64,000 nucleotides of DNA. Origin: Dehalococcoidia bacterium (GTDB taxonomy: Bacteria; Chloroflexota; Dehalococcoidia; Lucifugimonadales; G958296245). The stretch is taken from positions 3,212,503-3,276,502 of the forward strand of contig OY760867.2 in NCBI GenBank assembly GCA_963664035.2, in the 5' to 3' direction. The position numbers were made by a program, and so were the translations under genes. Below, one piece after another: positions 42,701 through 54,700 of the stretch. The stretch's first letter is position 1; the number at the start of each line of letters is the position of its first letter. The notes under the pieces were generated by a model. That model saw only the letters and a program-made list of their open reading frames with translations. It ran no database searches and was not told where the DNA came from.

Positions 42701-45700
42701 GTAGGTCACGCGCGCGCCGTTGGTCAGCGTCGCCGTCACCGTGTAAGAGGTCTGCGTCCCCACCGCGCAGGGCGACGCGCAGGGGATGTCCGTCCAGTTG
42801 GAGCCGTCGGCGCTGTACTGGTACTTGGTGATGCTGCCGTTGTTGGGGTTGGTCCACTCCAGCCTGGTCTGCTGGCTCGCGCCCGTCCCCACCACGAAGT
42901 CCGCGCCGGTCCCCGCGCGGCTCCGCAGCTCGTAGGAGCTGATGGTGGAGTTGGACGGGTCGTCCCACGCCAGGGCCGCCTGCCCGTTCACCGCCGCCGC
43001 GGCCAGGCCCGTGGGCGCGGCCGGCACGCCGGCCGTGGCCCTCAGCGCGTTGGACTCGGCCCCGTCGCCGAGGCTGTTCACCCCGCGCACCCGGAAGGTG
43101 TACGTCGTGCCGCTGGCCAGGCTCGTCACGGTGTATGAGCGGGTGGTCGAGGCGCTGCCGGGTATGCTCTGCCAGCCCGCGCTCGTGGACGTGCTGTAAT
43201 CCCAGCTTGTGGCCGCGGCGCTGCCGGAGTAGGTCCACGTGAGGACGACCGAGGCGCTGCCGGACGGCGTGGCCGACGCCAGCGTGGGCGCGGTCGGCAC
43301 GGCCAGCGGCGTGGCCGACACCCCCGCCGACGCCGTCCCGTCCCCCGAGGCGTTCACCGCCCGCACCTGGAAGGTGTAGGCCGTGTTGTTGGTCAGCCCG
43401 GTCCTGGTGAAGGACGTGGTGGACGCTACGCTCCCCGGGATGTTCGTCCAGGCCCCGTAGCCGCCCGCGCTCTTGTACCGGTACTGCCACCTGGTGATGG
43501 CGGCGGTGGTGGAGGCGTTGCTCGTGTCCGTCCACGCCAGTATGACGCTGCCGTTCTTGGGCGTAGCCGTCACCGTGGGCGCGGACGGCCTGGCCAGTGG
43601 CGTAGCCTGGACCGCGCCCGGGGCGCCGTTGCCCGCAGGACTCACCGCCCGCACCTGGAAATCGTAGGCGGAGCCGTTCGTCAAGCTCCCCACCGTGTGC
43701 GTCCTCGTATCCTTCGTCGTCGCCCGCACCTCGACGTCGTTGTTCACGTTGGGGATCACGCCGCTGTTGACGTAGAGGCTGGTCGTGCTGGGGCAGCCGC
43801 TGTTGGAAGCGGTATTGCAGATCTCCGTCCAGGCGCCCCACGTCTGGGTCCCGGCGCGCCGGCTCCGCCACTCGTACCTGGTGATGAGGGAGTCGTTGAG
43901 GTTGGTCCAGGTGAGCAGCAGATAGGGGGCGCCGGTGCCCGCCCGGTAGCTGCCCTTCAGCGCCAGCTTCGTCCCGGTCACTTCCGTCCAGCCCAGCGTT
44001 CCGGTGGTCGGCCAGCCGGCGGTGGTCAGCTTGTGCCGCGTTTCCCACGAAGTGATCGACGAGTCCGCCGGCGACAGCGTCCACGAAAGCGTCGCCGTTC
44101 CATGCCCCACCGTCGCGGTAACCGCCGGCGCAGCCGGCCCCGGCGGCGGCGGGTTCGGCGTCGCTTTCGCCTCGTCCGACCCCGCCCCGTTCCCCGCCGC
44201 GTTGACCGCCCGCACCTGGAACGTGTACTCCGTACCGTTCGTCAGCCCCGTCGCCGTGTGCGAAGTGGCGGACGCGCTCGTGCTTACAGTCTCCCACGCC
44301 TGCAGGTTCGTCACCGTCGGCGCAGTGCCGGAGGACACCGCCGCCCGCACCTGGATCGTATGCGTTCCGCTCGGCAGCGCCGACAAACCGCCGGTGGAGA
44401 AGGTATGCGAAGTAACCGACGGACAGCCCGGATTCGCCGCGGTCCAGCAGATGCCCGTCCACGTGATCCCGTCCGCGCTGTACTCCCACTTGGTGACGTT
44501 GGACGTGCCGGACGCGGTCCACGACAGGGTAAACGTCTGTCCTCCGCCGTCGCTGACCACGAAGTCCGCGTTGCTCCCGGTCCACTGCCGGAGCTGCCAC
44601 CCGGAGACGTAGTCGTCATCCGGATTCGAATAGGTCCACGCCAGGTCTACGGACCCGTCCTTCGCCGTCGCCGTGAGTCCCGCAGGCTTCGATGGGACCG
44701 CCAGCGCCGTCGGCGTCACCGTCGCGTCGAGGCCATTCCCGGTCGAGTTAACCGCCCTCAGGCTGAACTTGTACGTCGTCCCGCTCGCCAGCCCCGCAGC
44801 CGTGTGCGAAGTGGCCGCCGCGCTCGTGCTGATCTCCTCCCACACCTTCAGCCCCGTCACCGCCACCGTGTTGTTGTTCGAGATGTATCCCCTCACCTGG
44901 TAGGTGTACTGCTGCCCGAAGGTCAGGGACTGGTTGATGGTGTGGGACATCGGGGTCCCCTGCGGGCAGGTCGACCCGCCGCCGCACGAGATGTCATACC
45001 ACCACCAACCATTCAGGCTGTACTGGTACTTGGCGATGCTGGAGTCGTTGAGGGCGGTCCACTCCAGCGTCAGCTTCTTGCTCGCGTACGCGCCCATCAC
45101 GATGTCCGCCGCGCTCCCCGACCGCGTCCGCATCTGGTACGACGTAATCGTCGAGTCGGCCGGGTCGGTCCACGATAGGAACGCCTGGGTCCCGGCGGAC
45201 TTGGCCGCCAGCCCGGCGGGCTTGGACGGGACCGCCACCGGCGTCCCCTTGATCGACGACGACGCCCCCTTCCCGTCCGAATTCACGGCCCGCACCTGCA
45301 CCTCGTGCTCCTGCGCGTTGATCAACCCCCCCACGTCCACGCTCGTCGCCGACGCGCTTATCGCCACCCAGGGCTGCCATTGAGTCGTCCCTCCCAGCGC
45401 CCTGTAGCGGTACTCGTAGCCCGTGATCGCGTTCACGTGCCCCGTCGGGGCCGTCCAGCTCACCCGCAGCGTCGCGTTGCCCGCCGCCGCGGACAGGTCC
45501 GCCGGCGCGTCCGGGACTCCCGTCGGCGTGACCGTAACCTCGTCCGAGACCGGACCGGGCTCGTCGTAGGTGTTCACGGCGCGCAGGCGGAAGGTGTGCG
45601 GCGTGTTCCCGGCAAGGCCCGTGACCGTGTACGCGGAGGAGTCGCCGCCCAGGCGCGTGGACGTCCACGCGCCCCAGCCGCCGTCGGTCTTGTACTGGTA

Positions 45701-48700
45701 CTCGTACGCCTTCCGGCCGCCGTGGGCCTTGTCGGACGGCCCGGAAGGGGGAGTCCAGCGCAGCCTTGCCGTGTTGGTCCCGGCGGAGGCCGCCAGGCCC
45801 GTGGGCTTGCCGGGCCGCCACGAGGTGTTGCTGCGGGCGGAGTCCGAAGGCGCGCTCTTGCCCGCGCTGTTCACGGCGCGGACGTGGAAGGTGTAGAAGG
45901 CGTTGCGAGTCAGGTGATGCACGTCGTGCTCGACGGTGCTCGTGCCGCTGTTGGGGATGGCGATCCAGGGCGTGGGAACGGTCATGTCGGCCTGGGGCTG
46001 GGCGTTCAGCCGGACGCTGACCGTCTGCGCCGTCCGCCAGTTCGCCGTGGTGAAGAACACCGCGTGCGGGCTGAAGGTCACGCCATACTGGGCAAAGGAT
46101 ATCTGCGTGGGGACCAGGGGCTTGGTGGCTGGCCGGACGCTGATCGTCTGCGCCGTGCTCCAGTTGGCGGTGGTGAAGGTCAGGCTGGACGCGCTGACGT
46201 TCACGTCCGGGCGGAGGTCGAGTGTCTTGGGCACGTTGTACTTGCCGTTGGTCTTCGGCGGCTCGGCGGTCAGCTTGACGTTGACCGTCTGCGCCGTGTT
46301 CCAGTTGCCGGTGGTGAAGGTGAGGCTGGACGGGGAGAACGTCATACCGCTCCGGGAGAGGGACACCGTCACCGTGGCCGTGGGGCGTTGGGTCAGCTTG
46401 ACCTGGACCTGCTGGGCCACGTTCCAGGGCTTGGGGTTGGCGTAGTTGTGGAATCTCACCTCGCCCGGGGTCGCCACCGGGCCGCTCACGGAGGCGATGC
46501 CGGACCACGCGCCGACGGAGGCATGACGGTACTCCCAGCCGGTGATGGAGGAGTCGTTGGGGTTGTCCCAGGTCAGCCTGATGCGGCCCTTCTGGTGACA
46601 TTCGCCCAGGACCAGGTTGCATGACGGCGGCTCGACGAAGCCGCTCCCCAGGCCCGCGGCCTGGAGGCCCGTGGGCTTGGCGGGAATGCCGACGGGGGTG
46701 GCCGTCGCGCTATCGGAGGCGGCTGAGTTCCCCTTGTAGTTCACCGCCCGCACCTGGAACGTGTAGGCCGTGCCGTTGGTCAGCCCCGTCGCCGTGTAGC
46801 GCCTGGTGGAGGCGCCGCTGCTCGGCACGTCCGTCCAGGTCGTACCGTTGTCCTTGCTGTACTGCCACTTGTAGATGGACGCGTCGCTCGGGTTGTCCCA
46901 CAACAGGTAGGCCGACCGGTTCCGGGCCGCGGCCGTCAGGCCCGTGGGCTTGGACGGGGCCGCGCTGGGCAGCGTGACGCTCGCGCCGGAGGACGGCTTG
47001 CCGTTCAGGATATCGGCGCCCGTACCCTTCCGGGCGCGGATGCGGAACTCGTTGGCGGCGCCCTCGGCGAGGCCGGCGGTCACGTCGTGGGTGATGGTGG
47101 TCGAAGCGCTGTTCGGCATGGCCGTCCAGGCCAGGGGCCATCTCATCCCGGTGGAGCCCTTGGGCCCGGAGGTGTCCGTCAGCACGTCGGCCAGCAGGTA
47201 CTCCTCGTTGGCCTTCAGCGCCCGCACCTGCACCTGGTAGTCGGTGCTGGTGGCCAGGCCCGTGATGATCTTGCTGGCGCCCGTCCCCGCGTCGGCCCAG
47301 TCGCTGAACTCTCCCGCGCCGGTCTGGGTGCGGTAGCGGTAGCCCGTCGCCCCGCTGACGGCCACCCAGTTGACGGTGACGCTGCCGCTGGCGTTGGTGG
47401 TCACGTAGGCCGTGCCGTCCAGGATCTTGGTCGTCGTGGCCGTTGGCGCAAGGTACTGCACCTGGACGTAGTAGGTCGTGCCGCTGACCAGGGTGGAGTC
47501 CTGGATGCGATAACTCGTCCTGTCCTTGCAGGCGGTGTCCGTACTCTGCCGGCAGACGTTGGCCCAGCTTCCCCAGGCGCCGCCGTCGCTCTTGATGCGG
47601 TACTGCCAGGCGGTTATGTTCGAGGTGCTGGCGGGAGCCTGCCAGCGCACTTCCTCAAGCTCCTGGGTGTTGGGCGTCCGCACCTGGTACTGGTAGCTCG
47701 TGATGTTACTGTTGCCCGGGTCCGTCCAGCCTAGGACTACCTTGCCGGTTTCAGGGGAGGCGGCGAAGTCCGTTGGCGCGGCCAGGGCGGGCCCGCCGGC
47801 GTCTTCGACGCCGGCGGCGCGGCTCTCCCCGGCGTTGTTCACCGCCCGGACACTGAATGTGTGCCCGCCGTAGTTTGTCAGGCCCGTGAAGGTGTGGCTG
47901 TAATCCGCCTGATTCTGAACGATCGCCACGTCCGTCCAGGGGCCGGCCCGGGAGCGGTTTTTGGTCACCCAGCGCACCTGGTGCTTGGTCACCGGGTCGC
48001 CCGGCGGGTCGGCCGGCTTGGTCCACGACAGCGTCGCTTGCCCGTCGTCGGTGGTCACTCGGAAGTTGGTGGGCTTGCCGGGGACGCCTACCTTATCCAG
48101 GGCCACGGTGTAGGTGGTGGACTCTGAGTTGGTGCTGTCCTTGACCTTGAAATTGAAGCTGGTCTCGTTGGAGAAGCTGCTCCCGGGCCGGTATTGCAGA
48201 CGCTTCAGCTTCCAGTTGCCCGTGGTGGCCGTGGTCACTTCCATCCCCGCGGTGACGAGCGTTGTCCTGTTGCAGGTACTCCTGGTGGGCCTAGTCTTGC
48301 AGAATGAAGTTACGGTATTTCGCTCATGGACGTACAGCGCCCCGGTGGCGGGCAGCGACTCGATGATGATCGACTGGTACGTGTTGCCGTCGGCGTCGAC
48401 GTACGTGAAGTCCTTGAAGGGGATGTAAACGTAGGTCGGCGCGGAAACGTCGTAGGACACGTCCACGCTGGTGGGCGGCGTATTGCCGTCCACGGCCCGC
48501 GCCACCACCTCCGGCGCGGCGATGCCGCTGTAGTTGGCGTCCGTGCTGGTCGCCGTGTGAACCAGCGTGGTGGACTCCGTGTCGACGTCGTTCAGGTCCG
48601 GCGTTACGGAGAGCGTGACCGTCTGCGCCGTGGTCCCGTTGCTGGACGTGAAGGTCAGCGTGGCCTGGTCCCCGGTCGTGTTGGGGTCGGTATCGAAGGT

Positions 48701-51700
48701 GGGGCGGCCCTGGTGGGTACCGGCCTTGCGGGTGATGGTCACGGTGACGTCGTTCGTGGGATTCGTGCCCAGCCGGACGGTGTAGGCCCCCGTCGTGGTC
48801 CCGGTGAGCGGCTCGTTCACGTCCACCGCCGTACTGCTCACCACCACCCAGCCCTTGAAGCCGGCGGTGGCGTCGGCCGAGGGCTGGCTGTAGTCCGCGC
48901 CCGACTTGGTGGCCTGCACCATCAGCGTGTAGGTGGTGCCTGGGACGAAGCGGTTGCCGCTCTCCGGTACCAGGTGCGTCGCCACGTCCCCCGCCGTTAC
49001 GTGGCGGGCGTCGTCATAAACCTCTGAGCCGGACTTCCAGTAGAGCCGGTAGCCCGTGGCGTCGGTCACCTTGGTCCAGTTGACGCGGATGCCGCCGCCC
49101 TCCTGGGAGGCGGTGACGCCGGTGACCTGCGCCAGCTCGTCGTCGTCCACGATGTTCAGGACGGGGGCGGTAGCAGTGGTGTTGCTGACCCACGTGGACG
49201 TCGCCGTCGTGCCGCCCGTCTTCGCCGGGTGGGTGGCCAGGGTCATCGCCTTGCTGTAGTTCGAGGCGTCGGTGTAGTTGTTCACCGCCGCCAGCGTCTG
49301 CGTCCCGCTCGTGCTTCCCGCCGCGATGGTGACGTCGCCGACGGTGTACGCGCTGGCGTCTTGCGGCACGGCGACCACCAGGTCCCGGTTCCACTCGGTG
49401 GTGGCGGTGACGGTGACGGTGGTCTGGGTCGCGCCGCCCACGCGCTCGTAGATGGTGGTCGGACTCAGCGTCAGCGATACGACGGGCCGCTGGTCGGCCG
49501 CGGTCAGCGCGCCGTACTTCAGCGCCGGGTACTGGTTCGCCGTGCCGAAGTCCCACGGGTCGTCCTGGCCGGTGGCGTGGTTGTTGTCGTTGTCCGCGTT
49601 GTCCAGGTCCAGGTTCCAGTCCTTGTAGATGTCGGTGCTCTGGGTCCCGTACGCCGTGGGCGCCTGGAGCTGGCTCGTCGTCTTGGCCGTGCCCTCGCCC
49701 CTGTCCGACCGCCCGTCGGTCTCGGAGTCGTAGTAGGACGCGGTGGTGGAGCCCGTTTGCTTGTAGCCCACCAGCCCGCCGGTCTCGTAGTTAGAGTTGG
49801 TGGAGTGGGTGACCGCCCCGGTGGCGAAGCTGTACTCGATGTTCCCGCGCTGGAATCCCACCAGGCCGCCCTCGTAGGCTTTGGCGCCGCCGGGAGCGGT
49901 GGCCGAGACGGAGCCACGGGCGTAGCTGACGCGGATGGTGGCATTCGGGCTTAGCTGGCCCGCCAGCCCGCCGGCCTGGGCATGCTTTCCGCTGCCGCCG
50001 GGAGCGGTGGCCGAGACGGAGCCGGCGGCGTAGCTGGCGTCCACGCGGGTTGCGGCGGCGTTAAGCACGTGCTCGCCCACGGCCCCGAAGAGCCCTCCGG
50101 CGAAGGTGTTGGTGCCGCTTTGCGTCCCCTGCGCAACGGCCGTGACGTCCGCCCACGAGTAGCTGGAGATCGTCACGCCGTCTTCGAGCGTCCCCGCCAG
50201 CCCGCCCACGAAGAGGTGCTTGTCGGCGGCGGTCATGGTGGACGTGGCGGAGACCGAGCCCGTCGTGTAGGAGTCCTCGACGGTGACGCTGCTGCCGAAA
50301 ATCCTGCCGGAAATCCTGCCCGCCAGCCCGCCCGCGTAGACGTGCCCGCCGCTGGACGTGGTGAGCTTGACGTCCACGTTCGTGACGCCCACGTTCGTGA
50401 TAGGCCCATCCTGGATGTGGCCGAAGAGGCCGGCGTAGCTGCCCGACGTGCTGTTGATGAACAGGTTTTCGATTTCGTAGCCGTTGCCGTCGAACCGGGC
50501 GGCGTAGAAGACCGTGCTAGTCCCGCCGATGGGGACCCAGCCCACCCCGCCGTTCCAGTAGGTGTCGCCCAAGTCCGCGCCGCCGCTGCCGTTGGTGTCG
50601 AAGTCGAGGTTGTTGGAGAGCTCGTAGCCCTCGCAGACCTGGTTGGCGGGCAGCGTCTCGTCCTCGTTGCAGCCCATGCCGGCCTCGGCGGTGGGGAAAG
50701 CGGACTCGTAGTTGGCCCCGTCGCCGGAAGCCACCGAGCCGTCGCCGTCCAGGTCCCAGCGGATGGCGTTGAGCTGCGCCAGCGTGGTTATCTCTATCAG
50801 CCCGTCGTCGTCCGCGTCGTAGTCCTTGCCCGGGCTGGCGGTCGCCGACGCCCACGGCCCGTCGTCGTAGCCCGTCTTGGTGGCCGCGAGGCGGAAGGTG
50901 TAGACGCCGTTGGAGGTGAGGGGGCTGATGGTGTGCGGCGAAGTGACGCTGGCGACCTCCGTCCACGTCGTATCCGCCGACTCCTTGTACTCCAGCTTGT
51001 TGCCCGTGGCCCCGGGCTGCCGCGTCCACGTGAGGGTGACCGAGGTGTAGTTGGCCCCTCCCGTAAGGGTGAACGCCGGCGCGATCAGCCCGAAGTCGTC
51101 GTCCTCGATGGTCAGCGACGCGCCGGAGGGCATGGCGACCCAGTTCTGGTCCGTCGTCGGCGTCAGCGTGACCGAGGCGTCCGTTGCGCCGGTCGTGTTG
51201 TTTACCGCCTCGACGATCAGCGTTCCCGTCGTCGCCCCCGCCGCGATGACCAGGTCCGTCGTGTACGTGTTGCCGGACTTCAGCCTGTATGTGGCGGCGG
51301 TCTCGTTGACTTCCAGCGTCACCGGCACCTCCTGGGCGGGGCTGATGGTGGCCGTCAGCGTCGACGTGGCAACCGGACTCGCGCCGCAGGCGTTCGTGTC
51401 CGTCCCCTTGGTCGTCTCGCAGATGCTGGCCGGCGACACCGCCACCGTCACCGACGCCCGCTGGTCCGCCGCCGTCAGCCCGTAGTCGAGAACGGGGTAC
51501 TGGCTGGACGTGCCGAAGTCCCACGGGTCGTCGGCTGCTGCCGTCCCGCCCACGTCGATGTTCCAGGCGGCGTAGATGCCTGTGCCGTAGGCCGTGGGCG
51601 TCTGAAGTTGGGTGGTGGTCGTGCCGGCGCCCGCCCCGGTGGCCGTGATGCCCGACGTCGTCGTGTCCCAGTACGAGTTGGCGACCGTCGCCCCGGCGTG

Positions 51701-54700
51701 TTCGTGCGCCGCCAGGCCGCCCTTGCGCTCCGTCGGGCTGCTCCCGCCCGACGTCGAGGGCTCGCCAGTGGCGAAGGACGCCGTGACCGTGCCGGCCTTC
51801 AGCTCGCCCAGCAGCCCGCCCGCGTTCAGCGTCGCTGTGTTCGCCGTGGCCGCGGTCTTCGCCTCCGGGTGGGCGTGGGAGTAGCTGGCCCTCACGCTGC
51901 CCGCGTCCTGGTAGCCGATCAGCCCGCCCGCGTTCGCCTCCGCGCCGGTGGCGGACCGGCTGTCGGCGACGACCGTTCCCGTGGTGAAGCTGGCCGTCAC
52001 CGACCCGCCTGTGTCCTGGTAGCCGACCAGCCCGCCGGCGTAGGCGTCCAGGCTGGCCGTGGCGCTGAGCTGCTCCGCCGTGACGTCGGCCCGGGCGTAG
52101 CTGCTGGTGATGCTCCCCGTGTTGTGCGCGACGATGCCGCCGGCGTAGGCGTCCTTCTCCGTCGTGTTGCTCGATATGTCGCTCTGCGTAGCCTTCACCG
52201 CGCCGACCACGGAGCTTCCGGTGATGGAGCCGCCGGCGTTCTTGCCAGCCAGGCCGCCGGCGTACACGTCCGTCCCGGTCGTCGCGCCGGAGTTGGTGGC
52301 GACGGTGACGGAGACGCCCCTGAGCTTGAGGTCCTTGACCACTCCGCCGCTGCCTATCTCCGCGAACAGCCCCGCCTGACCCACCGTGGTGGCGCCGCTG
52401 CGGTTTATGAACAGGTTGGAGACGGTGTACGTCCCGCCGTTGCCGTCGAACTCGCCCGTGAAGGCCCGGGTGGTGGTCGTCCCCGCCGTCGCGCCGATGG
52501 GCAGCCACCCCTGGCCGCCGTTCCAGTAGGTGTCGCCGGAGTTCGGCCCGCCGCTGTTGTTGGTGTCGAAGTCCAGGTTGGCCGTGATCTCGTAGCCCTT
52601 GCACGTCGGGTTGCCGGTGTTCTGGGAGGAGATGGTCGCCACGCTCTCCCCGCAGCCCATGTTGTCCTCCGGGCTGCCGAAGGCGCCGGCGTAGTTGGAG
52701 GTGTAGTCGTACTCGCCCGCGTCGGTGTAGTCGCCGTCGTCGTTGGAGTCGTACTTGTCCCCCACGCCGTCGCCGTCCAGGTCCCAGCGTATGGCGTTCA
52801 GCTTCGCCAGCGTGTCCACGTCTATCAGCCCGTCGTTGTCCGCGTCGTAGTCCACGTCGCCCGTGGTCGGCGTCGCGCTCGCCGAGTCCGAGGGCCCCGA
52901 GTCGTCGTAGCCCGTCTTGGTGGCGATGACCCGGAAGTAGTACGTCGTCCCGCTCGTCAGCCCCGTCTTGATCTTCAGCGTGTCGGTGCTGCCGCCCGTT
53001 ACCGTCGTCTCCGTGACGGTGGCGAATGTGGTGGATGTGCTGCGCTGGACGATGTATCCCGTCGCCCCCGTCACCGTGTTCCAGTCCACCTGCGCCTTCG
53101 CGCCGTCGACGGAGAGCTTGACGCCCGTGGGCTTGGCCAGCGTGTCCTCGTCCTTGATGGTGAGGGACGCCCCGGTGATGCTCACCCAGTTCTGCGCCGT
53201 CGCGCCGCCCACGGTGACGGCGTTGTCCGACGCGTCCGCCGTGTCGTTCACCGCCGTGATGGTGACGCTCCCGGTCGTGCTCCCGGCGGCGATGGTGATG
53301 GAGGCCGCGCTCAGCGTGTAGGCGCTGTCCGTGTCCAGCGTGACGGTGACGGGCAGGACCTCCGCAGCGCCCAGCGTGGCGGTGATGGTGGTGGAGGTGC
53401 GGTCGTCGCTGCCGCAGGCGTAGGTCACGCCCTGGACGGTCCCGTAGCCCTTGGCGGACTCGCAGATGTTGGCGTGGGTCGCGCTCAGCGTCAGCGCGGC
53501 CCGCTGGCTCGCCGCCGTCATCCCGTAGTCGATGGCCGGGTACTGGCTGGCCGTGCCGAAGTCCCACGGGTCGTCCGCGGCGGCCGTCCCGCCCACGTCG
53601 ATGTTCCAGAGGCCGTAGATGCCGGCGGTTATGCCGTAGGACGTGGGCGTCTGCAGCTCGCTCGTCGTCTTGCCCGCGCCCGCGCCCGTCGCCGTGACGC
53701 CCGTCGTCGTCGTGTCCCAGTAGCTGTTGGTCACCGTGCCGTTGTTCCGGCCAGCCAGCCCGCCGACGTAGGTGGTCGGGCTGCTCCCGCCCGAGGTCGC
53801 GGGCGCGCCGGTGGAGTAGGACGCCGCGATGCTGGCCCCCGACTGCAGCTGGCCCGCCAGCCCGCCCGCCGTCAGCGTGGCCGTCGCCGCCGACGCCGCG
53901 GCCTTCGCCTCCGCGCTGGCGTGGGAGTAGCTGGCCTTGACGCTGCCGGAGTCCTGGTAGCCCACCAGCCCGCCCGCGTAGGACTTCGCGCCGGTGGACG
54001 ACCTGCTGTCGGCCGCCACCGTCCCGAAGGAGTAGCTGGCCGCGATGGACCCGCCCGTGCCCTGGCGTCCCGCGAGGCCGCCGGCGTGGGCCTCCTTGCT
54101 GGCCGTGGCGCTGAGCTGCTCCGCCGTCACCGTGGCCCGGGCGTAGCTGCTGACGATGCCGCCCGTGTTCTCGCCCACGAGCCCGCCGGCGAAGGCGTCC
54201 TCCTCCGTCACGCTGGGGCTGGTGTTCGTGTTGTCGCTCTGGGTCGCCTTGACCGCGCCTTCGACGTAGCTGCCCGTTATCGACCCGGCGCTCTTGCCCG
54301 CGATGCCGCCGGCGTACACGTCCGCCGCGCTCGTCGCCGTCGCGTTGGTGGCGACGGTGACGGAGACGCCCTCCAGTCTGAGGTTCCTGACCGCCGCGCC
54401 GCTGCCAAGCTCCGCGAACAGCCCGGCGCGCCCTACCGTGGTGGAGCCGCTGCGGTTCACGTACAGGTTCGAGATGGTGGACGTCCCGCCGTCGAACTCG
54501 CCGGTGTACGCGCTGGCCGTCAAACTCCCCGCCGTCGCGCCGATGGGCAGCCACCCCTGGCCGCCGTTCCAGTAGGTGTCGTCGCTGCGGGTGCCCTTGG
54601 TGGCGCCAGTGTCGAAGTCGAGGTTGGCCGTGAGCTCGTAGCCCTTGCACGTCGGGTTGCCGGTGTTCTGGGACGAGATGGTGACGGCGCTCTCGCCGCA

